64,000 bases of DNA, taken from assembly GCA_964291625.2 (NCBI GenBank), contig OZ220089.1, positions 1,376,001-1,440,000 of the forward strand, read 5' to 3'. Origin of the DNA: Candidatus Latescibacterota bacterium. GTDB taxonomy: Bacteria; Latescibacterota; UBA2968; UBA8231. The translations under genes were made by a program, and so were the position numbers. The notes beneath the pieces are model-generated. The model saw nothing but the letters and a program-made list of their open reading frames with translations, made no database searches and was not told the DNA's origin. Position 1 is the stretch's first letter; every line of letters begins with the position of its first letter. This document shows, piece after piece, positions 9,767-20,299 of this stretch.

Positions 9767-11086
9767 ATGGGTCGCCTGCTGCCGCCGCTACTGGGCGCCG
9801 GGTGCCTCCTCTCAGGCTGCCAGAGCGAGGACCGGATCGTCGTTCAGCTCACTGTCGATCCCATCGAGGATCAGATCCTGGACACCGGGGACGAGGTGCA
9901 GCTGACGGTGAGCCTCAGCGGAGGGCCGGGAGACCACTTCCTGCATGCCTACTCCAGCGACACCACGGTGGTCGCGGTATCCGTGAGCGAAGGCGTTCTC
10001 ACTCTCACCGGGGTCGAGACGGGGACCGCCACCGTCACCGTTTCCGTCTCCGCCCCCACCGGGAGGCGGCTGCACGCGGCGGTCTTCCGGGTCACCGTCG
10101 ATTCTGAACTCCAGAGGGCCGCCCGCGAGCGCGAGGTCCTGGCCGCTTTCCATCACGCCACCGGCGGCCCCGACTGGAAGGAGGCCGCGAACTGGTTGAC
10201 CGACGACCTGGAGAGCTGGCACGGAGTCACCGTCGCAGACGGACGGGTCAAGTCCCTCATTCTCGAAGAGAACAATCTGAAGGGTGCTGTTGGCGAGGCC
10301 CTCGGGATCCTCGGCCGCCTCGATCAGCTGGAGGCAGCCCTGTTCGCTTCCAACGGACTCAGCGGAGAGATACCGGACACCCTGGCCGGCCTGCAGTCGT
10401 TGCGGTTCCTGGATCTCCGCGACAACGACCTGAGAGGCCCGATCCCGGAGGCCCTCGGCCGCCTGGACAGCCTGCAGGGGCTGAACCTCCCGGGCAACGA
10501 CCTGAACGGACCCATCCCCGGAGCCCTCGGCCGCCTCTCCGACCTCGCCCACCTGAGCCTGGCCGACAACGATCTGAGCGGACCCATCCCCGCGGCCCTG
10601 GGGGACTTGTCCAGCCTCACCTTCCTTCGGCTGGACGGCAACGACCTCACGGGCCCCATCCCCGAGGCCCTGGGCGGCCTGTCCCGCCTCGGGCACCTGG
10701 GCCTGGCGAAGAACGATCTGAGCGGGCCCATTCCGGAGGCCCTGGCCCGCCTGTCCAACCTCAGCGGCCTCTTCCTCCAGGACAACGATCTCAGCGGCGA
10801 GATTCCCGAGGCCCTGGGCCGCCTCTCCAACCTCGTCTTCCTCAACCTGTCCCACTGCGATCTCTCGGGAGGGGTCCCCGACACCCTGGGCACCCTCTCC
10901 CGGCTGTGGACCCTCGATCTCTCCGTCAACCCGCAACTGACCGGCCCTCTTGCCCCGAGCCTTACGGAGCTGTCGGATCTCAAGTACATCGACTTCCGCG
11001 GCACCGGGCTCTGCTCGCCGGCAGACGCCGCCTTCCAGGAGTGGCTCGAAGGCGTTCCCCAAGCCCATGGCCAGGTCTGCGAATGA
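9767..11086 (+). CDS. Leucine-rich-repeat lipoprotein (plant-type 24-aa LRRs) with an Ig-like domain
   Basis: Lipobox LLSGC; repeated LxxLxLxxNxLSGPIPEALG units; NWLTDDLESWHGVT cap. ATG 9767 preferred over 9713/9731. Confidence 0.88.
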   Translation: MGRLLPPLLGAGCLLSGCQSEDRIVVQLTVDPIEDQILDTGDEVQLTVSLSGGPGDHFLHAYSSDTTVVAVSVSEGVLTLTGVETGTATVTVSVSAPTGRRLHAAVFRVTVDSELQRAAREREVLAAFHHATGGPDWKEAANWLTDDLESWHGVTVADGRVKSLILEENNLKGAVGEALGILGRLDQLEAALFASNGLSGEIPDTLAGLQSLRFLDLRDNDLRGPIPEALGRLDSLQGLNLPGNDLNGPIPGALGRLSDLAHLSLADNDLSGPIPAALGDLSSLTFLRLDGNDLTGPIPEALGGLSRLGHLGLAKNDLSGPIPEALARLSNLSGLFLQDNDLSGEIPEALGRLSNLVFLNLSHCDLSGGVPDTLGTLSRLWTLDLSVNPQLTGPLAPSLTELSDLKYIDFRGTGLCSPADAAFQEWLEGVPQAHGQVCE

Positions 11087-12495
11087 TGCGATCCGACCGC
11101 CCCAACATCCTCTTCGTCATGTCCGACGACCACGCCTCCCACGCCATGAGTTGCTACGGGAGCCGCATCAACCGCACGCCCAACCTCGACCGCATCGCCG
11201 ACGAGGGCATGCGCTTCGACAACTGCTTCTGCACCAACGGCATCTGCACACCCAGCCGGGCCGCCATCCTCACCGGCACCTACAACCACGTCAACGGCGT
11301 CACCACCCTGTCGACGCACATGGACAACCGCCTGACCACCTACCCGAAGCTGCTGCGGGAGGCCGGCTACCAGACGGCGATCTTCGGCAAGTGGCACCTC
11401 GGGCAGGGGCCGGCCCACGAGCCGGCGGGGTTCGACGACTGGTGCGTGCTGCCGGGGCAGGGCCTCTACCACAGCCCGGTGATGATCGATCCGGGGGGAA
11501 AGCGCGTGCACGTGGGCTACGTGACCGACGTGATCACCGACATGTCCCTGCGGTGGCTGCGGAACCGTGACCGCTCGCGGCCCTTCGCCCTCATGGTGCA
11601 CCACAAGGCGCCCCACCGCGAGTGGGAGCCGGACGCCACCCACGCGCAGATGTACGAGGACGAGGAGATCCCCGAGCCCGAGACCTTCGACGACGACTAC
11701 CGGAACCGCTCGGCCGCGGCGGCGGCGGCGCGCATGCGCATGGAGGACCTGCAGTGGAAGGACCTGAAGGCCGACGTCCCCTCCGGCCTGTCGCCGGCCG
11801 AGGAGAGGAGCTGGCGCTACCAGCGCTACATCAAGGACTACCTGCGGGTGGTGGCCGCCGTCGACGACAACGTGGGCCGCCTCCTCGACTACCTCGACCG
11901 GGAGGGGCTGGCCGAGGACACCCTCGTCATCTACACCTCCGACCAGGGCTTCTTCCTCGGCGACCACGGCTGGTTCGACAAGCGCTTCATGTACGAGGAG
12001 TCCCTGCGCATGCCCTTCGTGGCCCGCCTGCCCCGGGAGGTGAAGGCGGGCACCACCTGCGACGAGTTCGTCCTCAACGTCGACTTCGCCCCCCTCTTCC
12101 TCGACCTGGCGGGGGTGGCGATCCCCGACGAGTTCCAGGGCCGCTCCTTCCGGCCGCTGCTGCACGGCGAGACGCCCCCCGACTGGCAGCGGTCGATGTA
12201 CTACCGCTACTGGATGCACGGCGACGGCAACCACAACGTCTACGCCCACTACGGCGTGCGCACCCACCGCCACAAGCTGATCCACTTCTACAACGACGGC
12301 TGCGGCCAGCCGGGCAGCGGCGACGAGCGCCACCCGCCGGAGTGGGAACTCTTCGACCTGCAGGCCGACCGCAACGAGCTGCGCAGCCTCTACCACGACG
12401 AGTCCCAGGCCGCCGTGCGGCGGGAGCTGACGGCGGAGCTGCACCGGCTTCAGGAGGCGGTGGGGGATGAGCGGTATGCGCTCGACGACGGATAG
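11083..12495 (+). CDS. Sulfatase (formylglycine-dependent, N-acetylglucosamine-6-sulfatase-like)
   Basis: RPNILFVMSDDH, CTPSRA (CxPxR), GKWHLG, YTSDQG and DKRFMYEES motifs; ATGA overlap with the LRR gene. Confidence 0.93.
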   Translation: MMRSDRPNILFVMSDDHASHAMSCYGSRINRTPNLDRIADEGMRFDNCFCTNGICTPSRAAILTGTYNHVNGVTTLSTHMDNRLTTYPKLLREAGYQTAIFGKWHLGQGPAHEPAGFDDWCVLPGQGLYHSPVMIDPGGKRVHVGYVTDVITDMSLRWLRNRDRSRPFALMVHHKAPHREWEPDATHAQMYEDEEIPEPETFDDDYRNRSAAAAAARMRMEDLQWKDLKADVPSGLSPAEERSWRYQRYIKDYLRVVAAVDDNVGRLLDYLDREGLAEDTLVIYTSDQGFFLGDHGWFDKRFMYEESLRMPFVARLPREVKAGTTCDEFVLNVDFAPLFLDLAGVAIPDEFQGRSFRPLLHGETPPDWQRSMYYRYWMHGDGNHNVYAHYGVRTHRHKLIHFYNDGCGQPGSGDERHPPEWELFDLQADRNELRSLYHDESQAAVRRELTAELHRLQEAVGDERYALDDG

Positions 12496-12504
12496 CCGCG
12501 GGGG

Positions 12505-14625
12505 CTACCCGAGGCGGACGGCGCGCAGCTTGTTGTTCCAGTGGTCGCAGATGAGCAGCAGGTCGTCCCGGTAGAGGCGCAGCCCGCAGGGGTGGTTGAG
12601 CCGGGCCCGGGTCGCAGGTCCCCCGTCGCCGACATCACCCCCGTCTCCGCAGCCGGCCAGGGTGCGCAGGACCCCGTCGGGGCCGGCGACGCGCACCCGG
12701 AAGTTCTCCGTATCCGAGACGTAGAGCGTGCCCCCGTCGGGGCTGACCTCCAGGCCCCGGGGGCGGCCGAGGCGGGCCTCGCGCGCGGGTGTCCCGTCGG
12801 CGGAGAAGCCCCCGGTGCCGCAACCGAGGACGGTCTCGATCCGGCCCGAGGCGGCGTCGACGCGGCGCACGACGCAGGCGGCGCTGTCCACGAAGAACAG
12901 GTTCCCGGCGCCGTCGAAGCGCAGGGACTCGGGCCGCCCGATGCGGGCCTGACGGGCCGGGCCGCCGTCCCCGGTGCAGCCGTCGAGACCGTTGCCGGCA
13001 ACGGTGGTGATGATCCCGGTCTCGGCGTCGACCCTGCGGATCCGGTGGGCCCCGGCGTCGGCGATCCAGATGTCGCCCCGGGGGCCGTGCTCGACGGCGG
13101 CGGGCGAGATCAGGCAGGCATTGATCGACGGCCCGCCGTCTCCGAGGTCCCAGGGAGAGCCGGTCCCGGCGAGGTTGTGGATCACGCCGTCGCCGTCGAC
13201 GCGGCGCACGTGGCTGTGGCGGGTGTCGGCGATGAGCACGTCGCCGCCGGGGCCGACCGAGACGTCGGCGGGGTTGCCGAGGAAGGCCTCGGTCGCGGGC
13301 CCTCCGTCTCCCCCGTAGGCGCGCGCGCCCTCGCCGGCGACGGTGCGGATGACGCCGGTGCCGGCGTCGATGGCGCGCACCCGCTGGTTCCACGTGTCGG
13401 CCACGTAGATGTCGCCGTTGCCGGCCACGGAGAGGCCGCAGGGCCCCCGCAGGAAGGCCGCCGCGGCGGGGCCGCCATCGTGGATCGAGGTGCCCCCGAG
13501 AGCCGTGGTGACGATGCCGGTGCGGCCGTCGCACCGCCGCAGGCGGCCCGAGGAGTCCCCCCAGAACACGGTGCCGTCGGGGTCGGCCCACAGGCCGGCC
13601 TCCACGGAGTTGATGCGGCTCTCGGGCCCCGGCAGCCTCTCCTCGCCCCAGCCCGGCCGGCCGTTGCCGGCCACGGTGGAGACGCGGCCCGTCCCCGCAT
13701 CGACCCGCCGCACCCGGAAGCCGTACTTCTCGCCCACGTACATGTTGTCATGGACGTCGAAGAACAGGGCGTCCGGCATCAGCACGGCCGCGTCGGGGCC
13801 GAGCTCGCCGTCACCGCTGGAGGCCCGCAGGCCGTTGCCGAGAACGGTGCTGACGAGACCCGTGGTCATGTCGATCCTGCGGATGCGGTCGTTCGAGTTG
13901 TCGCAGACGTACAGGTCGCCCTTCGAGTCGAAGGCGAGATGCTCCGGATGGTGGAAGCCGGCCTGCTCCTTGGGGCCGCCGTCCCCGGAGTAGCCCCCGA
14001 GGCTGAGCCACGGCCCCGAGAAGGGGCGGCTGGAACCGAGCTCGAGGCCGTGATGCCGGGCCTCGAGGCCGGCGAAGTGGTCGATGACGCCGGTGCGGGC
14101 ATCGATGCGGCGGACCACGTTCGACCACTCGCAGGAGAGGTAGACGTTGCCGTCGTCGTCGACGGCGATGCCGGAGTCGTTGTCGATCTCGCACTCCAGG
14201 GCCGGGCCGCCGTTGCCGCCCCAGCCGACGCGGCCGGAGCCGGCGACGCGGGTGATGATCCCGGTGTCGATGTCGATGCGGCGTACGGCGCGGTTGCCCA
14301 GGTCGGTCAGGTAGAGATGGCCGTGCCGGTCGCGGGTCAGGTCGTGGGGATCGTGGAAGCGGGCCCCGGCCACCGGGCCGCCGTCGCCCCGGCCCCCGGG
14401 GACGCCGTCGCCGCCGAAGAGGTGCAGCACGCCCTCGGTGTCGATGCGCCAGATGCGGTGTCCCCACATGTCCAGCACGATGAGGTCGCCGGCGGCGGTG
14501 CGCACCACCCCCTGGGGCGTACCGGCGGGCGCGTCGCGGGCGGGCACGCCGTCGAGGTAGCCGACACCGGCGACGGTGGTGATGTGGCCGGGCGACAGCC
14601 CGGCGAGCTGTCGGGACAGGCTCAT
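12505..14625 (-). CDS. NHL-repeat (teneurin/SMP-30-like beta-propeller) protein
   Basis: About 11 repeats of ITTVAGxG...GDGGPA...PxxLxxDxxGxLYxxDxxNxRVRRID. ATG start at 14625; no obvious signal peptide. Confidence 0.88.
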   Translation of the reverse strand: MSLSRQLAGLSPGHITTVAGVGYLDGVPARDAPAGTPQGVVRTAAGDLIVLDMWGHRIWRIDTEGVLHLFGGDGVPGGRGDGGPVAGARFHDPHDLTRDRHGHLYLTDLGNRAVRRIDIDTGIITRVAGSGRVGWGGNGGPALECEIDNDSGIAVDDDGNVYLSCEWSNVVRRIDARTGVIDHFAGLEARHHGLELGSSRPFSGPWLSLGGYSGDGGPKEQAGFHHPEHLAFDSKGDLYVCDNSNDRIRRIDMTTGLVSTVLGNGLRASSGDGELGPDAAVLMPDALFFDVHDNMYVGEKYGFRVRRVDAGTGRVSTVAGNGRPGWGEERLPGPESRINSVEAGLWADPDGTVFWGDSSGRLRRCDGRTGIVTTALGGTSIHDGGPAAAAFLRGPCGLSVAGNGDIYVADTWNQRVRAIDAGTGVIRTVAGEGARAYGGDGGPATEAFLGNPADVSVGPGGDVLIADTRHSHVRRVDGDGVIHNLAGTGSPWDLGDGGPSINACLISPAAVEHGPRGDIWIADAGAHRIRRVDAETGIITTVAGNGLDGCTGDGGPARQARIGRPESLRFDGAGNLFFVDSAACVVRRVDAASGRIETVLGCGTGGFSADGTPAREARLGRPRGLEVSPDGGTLYVSDTENFRVRVAGPDGVLRTLAGCGDGGDVGDGGPATRARLNHPCGLRLYRDDLLLICDHWNNKLRAVRLG

Positions 14626-14861
14626 GGACGGCGCCGGACGGGTGGAGGGCGGGACGGCATGGCAGCCTGGCGAAAGCTCACGCGGTCGCCGGCCGCCGGC
14701 AAGCCGCGCCGCCGAAGACGCAGATCGCGGCGCGGCGGACTCCGGACCGACTGGCGCGCCGGCCGACCCCGTCCCACTTTCGGGCGCGGGCGGCACCCGG
14801 CCCCGGGCGATGCGGACGGCCTCGGCCGCCCCTCCCGGAACAGCCTCCAGGAGACCCGACC

Positions 14862-16205
14862 ATGGCCCGTGCTGCTCTCCCCCTCAGCTGCTCACTCCTG
14901 CTGGCCTTGCCGGCCGCGGCGGACATGACGATTCCCGGAAACACACCCAGCCCCGAGGCGGTGCGCGAGGTCGCCGAGGGCCGGCGCGCGACGGCCAACG
15001 CCGCCTGGTGGGGGTTCGACGCCAAGGACGCCACCGAGGCGCTGCAGGCCGCGATCGACTCCGGCGCCCGGCGGGTGGTCGTGCCGAAGATGGGCTCCGA
15101 CTGGATCGTCGGGCCGATCCGGCTTGCGGGGCACCAGGAGCTGTTCCTGGAGCGCGGGGTCGTGGTCACCGCCCGGCGGGGGGCGTTCCGCGGCAAGAGC
15201 GACTGCCTCTTGCTGGCCAGCGGCGTCGATGACGTGACGGTCCGCGGGTACGGCGCCACGATCCGCATGCACAAGCAGGACTACATGGACTACACGAAGC
15301 GCGAGGTCTACCCCAAGGCCGAGTGGCGCATGACCCTGTCCCTGCGCGGGGTCCACAAGGCCGTCATCGAGGGGCTGACCATCCGGGACAGCGGCGGCGA
15401 CGGGATCTACGTCAGCGGCGGCGAAGGCCGCGAATACAGCCGCGACATCACCATCCGCGACGTCGTCTGCGACAACCACTACCGGCAGGGGATCAGCGTC
15501 ATCAGCGTCGTCGGCCTCACCGTGGAGGACAGTGAATTCTCCAACACCTGGGGCACGCCGCCGTCGGCGGGCGTCGACATCGAGCCCAACGGGCCCGACG
15601 AGAAGGCGCAGGAGATCGTCTTCCGCAACTGCCTCTTCCGGGACAACTACGGCGCCGGCATCCAGGTCTACCTGCGCTTCAACGGGCCCGACGCCGACGA
15701 CGTGTCGATCCTCTTCGACCGCTGCCGGGTCACGAGCCGCATGGGCTCCGGCCTGGTCTTCGGCGCCCTGAAGGCGGCGGGCCCCGAGGGGCTGATCGAG
15801 TTCCGCGACTGCGTCGTCGAGGACGTGGCCGGCGTCGGCGCCCTGGTCTACGACAAGCATCCCGAGCGCGCCCGGGTGCGCTTCACCCGCACCCGCTGGA
15901 TCGACGTGGGCACGGGGCTGGGCAACGCCTTCGCCCGCGTCGACAGCGTCGACACACAGGCGCCGCTGCTGATCTACAACAAGCGGCCCGAGGCGATCAC
16001 GCCGGTCCACGGCGGCATCGACTTCGTCGACTGCGAGATCGTCGACGGCCGCGACCGGCCCTTCCTGTCGGCGCTCCAGAAGGAGCCGGCCGAGGGGCTC
16101 TTCGACGTGACCGGCTCGATCCGGGTGCGCAACCCCCACGGCGCCCGCATGGACCTGCAGGACGCGCGGAGCGGGGTGAGCGTGCAGGCCGTGCCTGCAG
16201 AGTAG
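14862..16205 (+). CDS. Secreted right-handed parallel beta-helix (pectin-lyase-like) protein
   Basis: Signal peptide; DATEALQAAIDSG, DSGGDGIY, NHYRQGISVIS and GVDIEPN motifs; AGGAG RBS. Confidence 0.8.
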   Translation: MARAALPLSCSLLLALPAAADMTIPGNTPSPEAVREVAEGRRATANAAWWGFDAKDATEALQAAIDSGARRVVVPKMGSDWIVGPIRLAGHQELFLERGVVVTARRGAFRGKSDCLLLASGVDDVTVRGYGATIRMHKQDYMDYTKREVYPKAEWRMTLSLRGVHKAVIEGLTIRDSGGDGIYVSGGEGREYSRDITIRDVVCDNHYRQGISVISVVGLTVEDSEFSNTWGTPPSAGVDIEPNGPDEKAQEIVFRNCLFRDNYGAGIQVYLRFNGPDADDVSILFDRCRVTSRMGSGLVFGALKAAGPEGLIEFRDCVVEDVAGVGALVYDKHPERARVRFTRTRWIDVGTGLGNAFARVDSVDTQAPLLIYNKRPEAITPVHGGIDFVDCEIVDGRDRPFLSALQKEPAEGLFDVTGSIRVRNPHGARMDLQDARSGVSVQAVPAE

Positions 16206-16224
16206 GGGCGGTCGAGGCAAGAGC

Positions 16225-18456
16225 ATGAACTCCCGCGCCCTCGGGGTTCTCCTCGCCGCCCTGGTCTGCGGTTCGATCCTCCGCCTGAACGGCATCGACT
16301 GGGGCACGGATCCGGAGACCGGCCGGTTCCACGCGTTCCATCCGGATGAGAGCACGATAGTCCGCAACAGCCGCTGGGTCGGCACCGACCTGCGGCAGGT
16401 TCAGATGCCGTACGGGTTCTTCCCCGCCTACCTGCTGTGGGGGGTCTCCAGCCTGGCCGGCGTCTCCCTCTCACCGGAGAGCAACAGCGGACTTCGGGAC
16501 GCCCACATCCTGGCCCGGTCGATCACGGCGGCGATGTCGATCGCCAGCATCGCGATCGTCTTCCTGATCGCCCGCACGCTCGGGGGAGGACTGACAGCCG
16601 CCCTCTCCGCGGTGCTGCTGGCCTTCTGCTTCGGGCACATCCAGCAGGCGCACTACTACACGGTCGATCCGCTGCTGACGGCGATCATGGTGGCGTGCCT
16701 GTACCTGATCCAGCGCATGCCGCAAGCCGGCGCAGGGACGTACGCGGCGTGCGGCGCCCTCGTGGGGACAGCCGTCGGCACCCGCCTGGTCGGCGTGCTC
16801 CTGGTGGTTCCCTTCGTCGTTCAGCACCTTCCCGCCGACTGGTACCGGAGCCCCGTCCGCGTCCTTCCCGCCCTGCTGTCGGTTCGCACCGGCCTCTTCT
16901 TCGCCACCCTCCTCGCCGCCGCCGTCGCCTGCGAGCCCTTTTGCGTTCTGGAACCCGAGCGGTTCTTCGGCGAGAGCGAACTGCTGACCTGGAGGAAGAG
17001 CCTGCAGGTCTCCCATGGAGAGGTGGTCTTCCCATGGTCGTTGTACGACATGGGCACGACGCCATTCCTGTTCCACCTCACCGATCTGCTCCCCTACTCG
17101 CTCGGCCTGCCGCTATTCGCCGCCTCGGTCGCCGGATGTCTTCTGGCCGTGATCCTTCGGAACCGGGCGGCCCTGGTGCTGCTCTCCTGGATCGCCGTCT
17201 ACTTCGTCGCGGTGGGAGGACACCACCTGAAGCCGGTCCGATACGTCCTGCCGCTGCTGCCCCCTCTTGTCGTCCTGGCGGCCTGGGCCTGCACCCTCTG
17301 TCTGCGGCGGGCAGGGTTCCGTCCCCTCGCCTTCGGTCTGCCAGCCATCGTGATATCGGCTGCGATGGTCATCGGGCTCACCACCTGGAACATCTACGAC
17401 AGGACCGACGCGCGAATCGAGGCGGCGAGGTGGATCGAGGCCCACGTCCCGGGCGGAGAGAGTGTGCTGACCGAGGTTGGCGGCTTCCCCACCGACTGGA
17501 TGGTCTCGCCGCCGCGCAGCAAGCGGCCTGTCAGGGCCGCCTATTTCATTCGTACCCAGGACTGCGACACCCAGCTCGGCCAGATCCAGTACGTCAGGAG
17601 ACAGTTCGAGGACATCGGCTGGATCGCTCTCGTCGAGGAGAACCGGGAGCGCCAGTTCCTCGCCGCGGCCGGAAGCTATCCAGTGGGATACGGCCTGTAC
17701 GCCCGCATCAGATCGGGGGAGCTCGGATTCTCCCCTGTCTCCCATTTCCGGATACAACCCGGGATCGGTCCGGTTCAACTCCCCCGGCGGTACGACGAAC
17801 CGACCATGACGGCCTTCGATCATCCGACGGTGACGATCTATCGGCGCCACGACCAAGCAGCGGTCGAGGCGGCCCTGGCCGGATGGGAAGAACGCCAGAG
17901 CAGCGGCGACGAACGCCTGCTCGTCGAGGGGGCGGAGGCCCTTCGGGCCGGGCGCACGGAGGAGGCAAGGGCCCGCTTGGACGCCTTCACCCGGCGCCAT
18001 CCCGGCATTCTGGTGGGGCAGTTCCTGCTCGCGGAGGCACACGGACGCGTCCCCTCCCTGAGAGGGGTGCCGGAGCCCCTCTGCACAGAAACGGCACTCA
18101 ATCGGCTGCTGGCTTGGGGAATGCCGGAACTGGCATTGAAAACGGCGGAGTTGTTCATCGGGCACGTCGCCTCCAGATGGCGAACGGCCCCCGTGGTCAG
18201 CCTGCATTTCTCGGCAGGACTGCTCGCCAAGAGCCTCAAGGAGCCGGCCCGAGCGGCGGATCACTTCGAGAAGGCCTTTGCCCTGAATCGCCGCCACTGG
18301 CAGTCGCGACTGGAGTTCGCCCGCCTCTGCGTCGAGTTGGGCCGCCGGGTCGCCGCGGAAGCTGCCTATGAGGAGGTTCTTCGGCTGAACCCCGGCAACG
18401 CCGCAGCCATCCAAGGGCTCAAGCAGTTACGGACGGCGGGAGGGGAAGCGCCTTGA
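16225..18456 (+). CDS. GT-C (ArnT/PMT, GT39-like) membrane glycosyltransferase with C-terminal TPRs
   Basis: FHPDE motif after TM1, QQAHYYTVD, RYVLPLLP, multiple TM segments and TPR-like helices (AYEEVLRLNPGNAAA). Confidence 0.78.
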   Translation: MNSRALGVLLAALVCGSILRLNGIDWGTDPETGRFHAFHPDESTIVRNSRWVGTDLRQVQMPYGFFPAYLLWGVSSLAGVSLSPESNSGLRDAHILARSITAAMSIASIAIVFLIARTLGGGLTAALSAVLLAFCFGHIQQAHYYTVDPLLTAIMVACLYLIQRMPQAGAGTYAACGALVGTAVGTRLVGVLLVVPFVVQHLPADWYRSPVRVLPALLSVRTGLFFATLLAAAVACEPFCVLEPERFFGESELLTWRKSLQVSHGEVVFPWSLYDMGTTPFLFHLTDLLPYSLGLPLFAASVAGCLLAVILRNRAALVLLSWIAVYFVAVGGHHLKPVRYVLPLLPPLVVLAAWACTLCLRRAGFRPLAFGLPAIVISAAMVIGLTTWNIYDRTDARIEAARWIEAHVPGGESVLTEVGGFPTDWMVSPPRSKRPVRAAYFIRTQDCDTQLGQIQYVRRQFEDIGWIALVEENRERQFLAAAGSYPVGYGLYARIRSGELGFSPVSHFRIQPGIGPVQLPRRYDEPTMTAFDHPTVTIYRRHDQAAVEAALAGWEERQSSGDERLLVEGAEALRAGRTEEARARLDAFTRRHPGILVGQFLLAEAHGRVPSLRGVPEPLCTETALNRLLAWGMPELALKTAELFIGHVASRWRTAPVVSLHFSAGLLAKSLKEPARAADHFEKAFALNRRHWQSRLEFARLCVELGRRVAAEAAYEEVLRLNPGNAAAIQGLKQLRTAGGEAP

Positions 18457-18493
18457 GGATGGACGGCCTCGATACGCTCGAAGCACGTCCGGC

Positions 18494-20299
18494 CTACCGC
18501 ACCAGGGCCAGGGACCTCGCCAGGCGACGGCCGCCGACCTCGGCCACGAGGTAGTAGGCGCCGCTGGCGAGGGGCCGGCCCGCGTCATCCGAAGCGTCCC
18601 ACTCGAAGATGAGCGCCCCGGGACCGAGCCACGCGCCTTCGGCCAGGCTCCGCACCCTCTGCCCGATCTGGTTGTAGACGCGCAGCGACACGGGAGCGGA
18701 CTCCTCCACGGTGAGGGCGATCCGGGTGGTGGCGTTGAAGGGGTTCGGATAGACGGCGAGGCGGGTGTGGGGTGCTCCCCCGACCATCGCGACTCCCGTC
18801 GTCGGACCGCCGGAGCTGACCAGGGCGCTCGGTCCGCTCTCGCTGGAGTTGCCGCCGACGGCCTGCACGAAGTAGTGGGACGGCTCCGGCCCCTCGGGGC
18901 GGTCCACGAGCGCGGTCTCCCCGGTGACGGCCAGCAGGTTGCGCGCGTCGAGGGCCGCCGCGCCAGGGTCGGGGCTCGTGGGCGACCGGACGCGGTAGAC
19001 CGCGTAGCGGCGCGCCCCCTCCACGGGATGCCAGGACAGCTCCACCACCCCTTCCTCGAGCGAGGTCAGGTCCAGTCCGCCGGGAGCGGCGGGAGGCTCC
19101 GACGCCTTCCAGGCCATCGGCGGTGTGAGGGCGGGATGCCGGAAGAGATCCGTCTTCAACACCTCGGCAAATCCCTGGGAGGCATGGTGCGTGAGGTTCC
19201 GGGCCCGGAAGAACACGCTCCCCAGGATCTCCGGGAGGTCGCGGCTGAACCGGACCTGGGCGGGAATCTCCTCCGGCGCGAAGAGCGTCCCCGAATTGGT
19301 CTCGCTGGCCGCCCGGTAGAGGGCGTGGCCCGTGTAGAGGTGCCGGCCGCGGACCTGCTCCGCCCACCAGGAGGCCAGGCTCTCGTAGTCCTGGGGGCCG
19401 CCGAAGGGCCAGTAGAGCTGCGGCACGAGGTAGTCCACGCTCCCCGCCGCGAGCCAGGCCGTGGGGTCCGCGAAGATGACGTCGTGCGCGTCCAGGCCGT
19501 GGATGCCCTCGGGCACGCCGTTCTTCCAGATGCCGAAGGGGCTGACGCCGAACTTCAGGGCCGGCCTGAACGCGCGAAGGCTGTCGGCCACCTGGGCGAT
19601 GAAGAGGTTGACGTTGTCGCGGCGCCACTCGGGGAGGCTGGTGAAGCCCCGGCTCTCCTCCGCGAAGGTGGCCGCGTCCTCGGTGCTGATGTGGTTCGGA
19701 GGATAGGGGTAGAAGTAGTCGTCGAAGTGGACGCCGTCGATGTCGTAGCGGCGGGCCACGTCCATGACGACGCGGGTGACGTGGTCCCGCACGGCGGCCC
19801 GGCCCGGGTCCAGCACGCGCAGATCGCCGAACTCCAGGACCCACTCCGGACGGGTCCGCGTCACGTGGGCCGCCGACGCCTCGTACGCGGTGCTCGCCTG
19901 GGCCCGGTAGGGATTGAACCACGCGTGGAGCTCCATGCCCCGCCGATGGGCTTCCCCCACGGCGAAGGCCAGCGGGTCGTACCACGGATCGGGCGCGGCC
20001 CCCTGCCGCCCCGTGAGCCAGTAGGACCACGGCTCCAGCGGCGAGTCGTACATGGCGTCGCAGGCCGAGCGGACCTGGAGGAAGACGGCGTTGATGCCGG
20101 CGTCCCCGAGGCGGTCGAGCATCAGGCGCAGCTCGGCCTGCTGCTCGGCGGGCGCCGCCGCCCTGGGCCAGTCCAGGTTGAAGACGGTGGAGATCCACGC
20201 CCCCCGGAACTCGTGCTTCGGCGGCTGCGCGGCCTGGGCCCACGCCCCGGCGGCGGTGAGGGCCGAGCAGAGGGTGAGGAGCAGCGGCAGGCGGATCAT
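18494..20299 (-). CDS. GHL10 (DUF187/YngK-like) glycoside hydrolase with FN3-like and FlgD/T9SS-like C-terminal domains
   Basis: EFRGAWISTVFNLDWP, ELHAWFNPYR, DGVHFDDYFYPY, GVSPFGIW, PQLYW and YPNPFN...LASGAY. ATG 20299 overlaps the upstream stop. Confidence 0.88.
   Translation of the reverse strand: MIRLPLLLTLCSALTAAGAWAQAAQPPKHEFRGAWISTVFNLDWPRAAAPAEQQAELRLMLDRLGDAGINAVFLQVRSACDAMYDSPLEPWSYWLTGRQGAAPDPWYDPLAFAVGEAHRRGMELHAWFNPYRAQASTAYEASAAHVTRTRPEWVLEFGDLRVLDPGRAAVRDHVTRVVMDVARRYDIDGVHFDDYFYPYPPNHISTEDAATFAEESRGFTSLPEWRRDNVNLFIAQVADSLRAFRPALKFGVSPFGIWKNGVPEGIHGLDAHDVIFADPTAWLAAGSVDYLVPQLYWPFGGPQDYESLASWWAEQVRGRHLYTGHALYRAASETNSGTLFAPEEIPAQVRFSRDLPEILGSVFFRARNLTHHASQGFAEVLKTDLFRHPALTPPMAWKASEPPAAPGGLDLTSLEEGVVELSWHPVEGARRYAVYRVRSPTSPDPGAAALDARNLLAVTGETALVDRPEGPEPSHYFVQAVGGNSSESGPSALVSSGGPTTGVAMVGGAPHTRLAVYPNPFNATTRIALTVEESAPVSLRVYNQIGQRVRSLAEGAWLGPGALIFEWDASDDAGRPLASGAYYLVAEVGGRRLARSLALVR

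Noticed and set aside
10260-14625. Periodic nucleotide repeats that might be a CRISPR array
   Set aside because: They are in-frame coding repeats (LRR, NHL) without identical repeats and unique spacers; there are no cas genes.
14703-14736. 10-bp GC stem-loop between divergent genes as a terminator or ncRNA
   Set aside because: There is no U-tract, it lies between gene starts, and such stems are expected by chance at this GC content.
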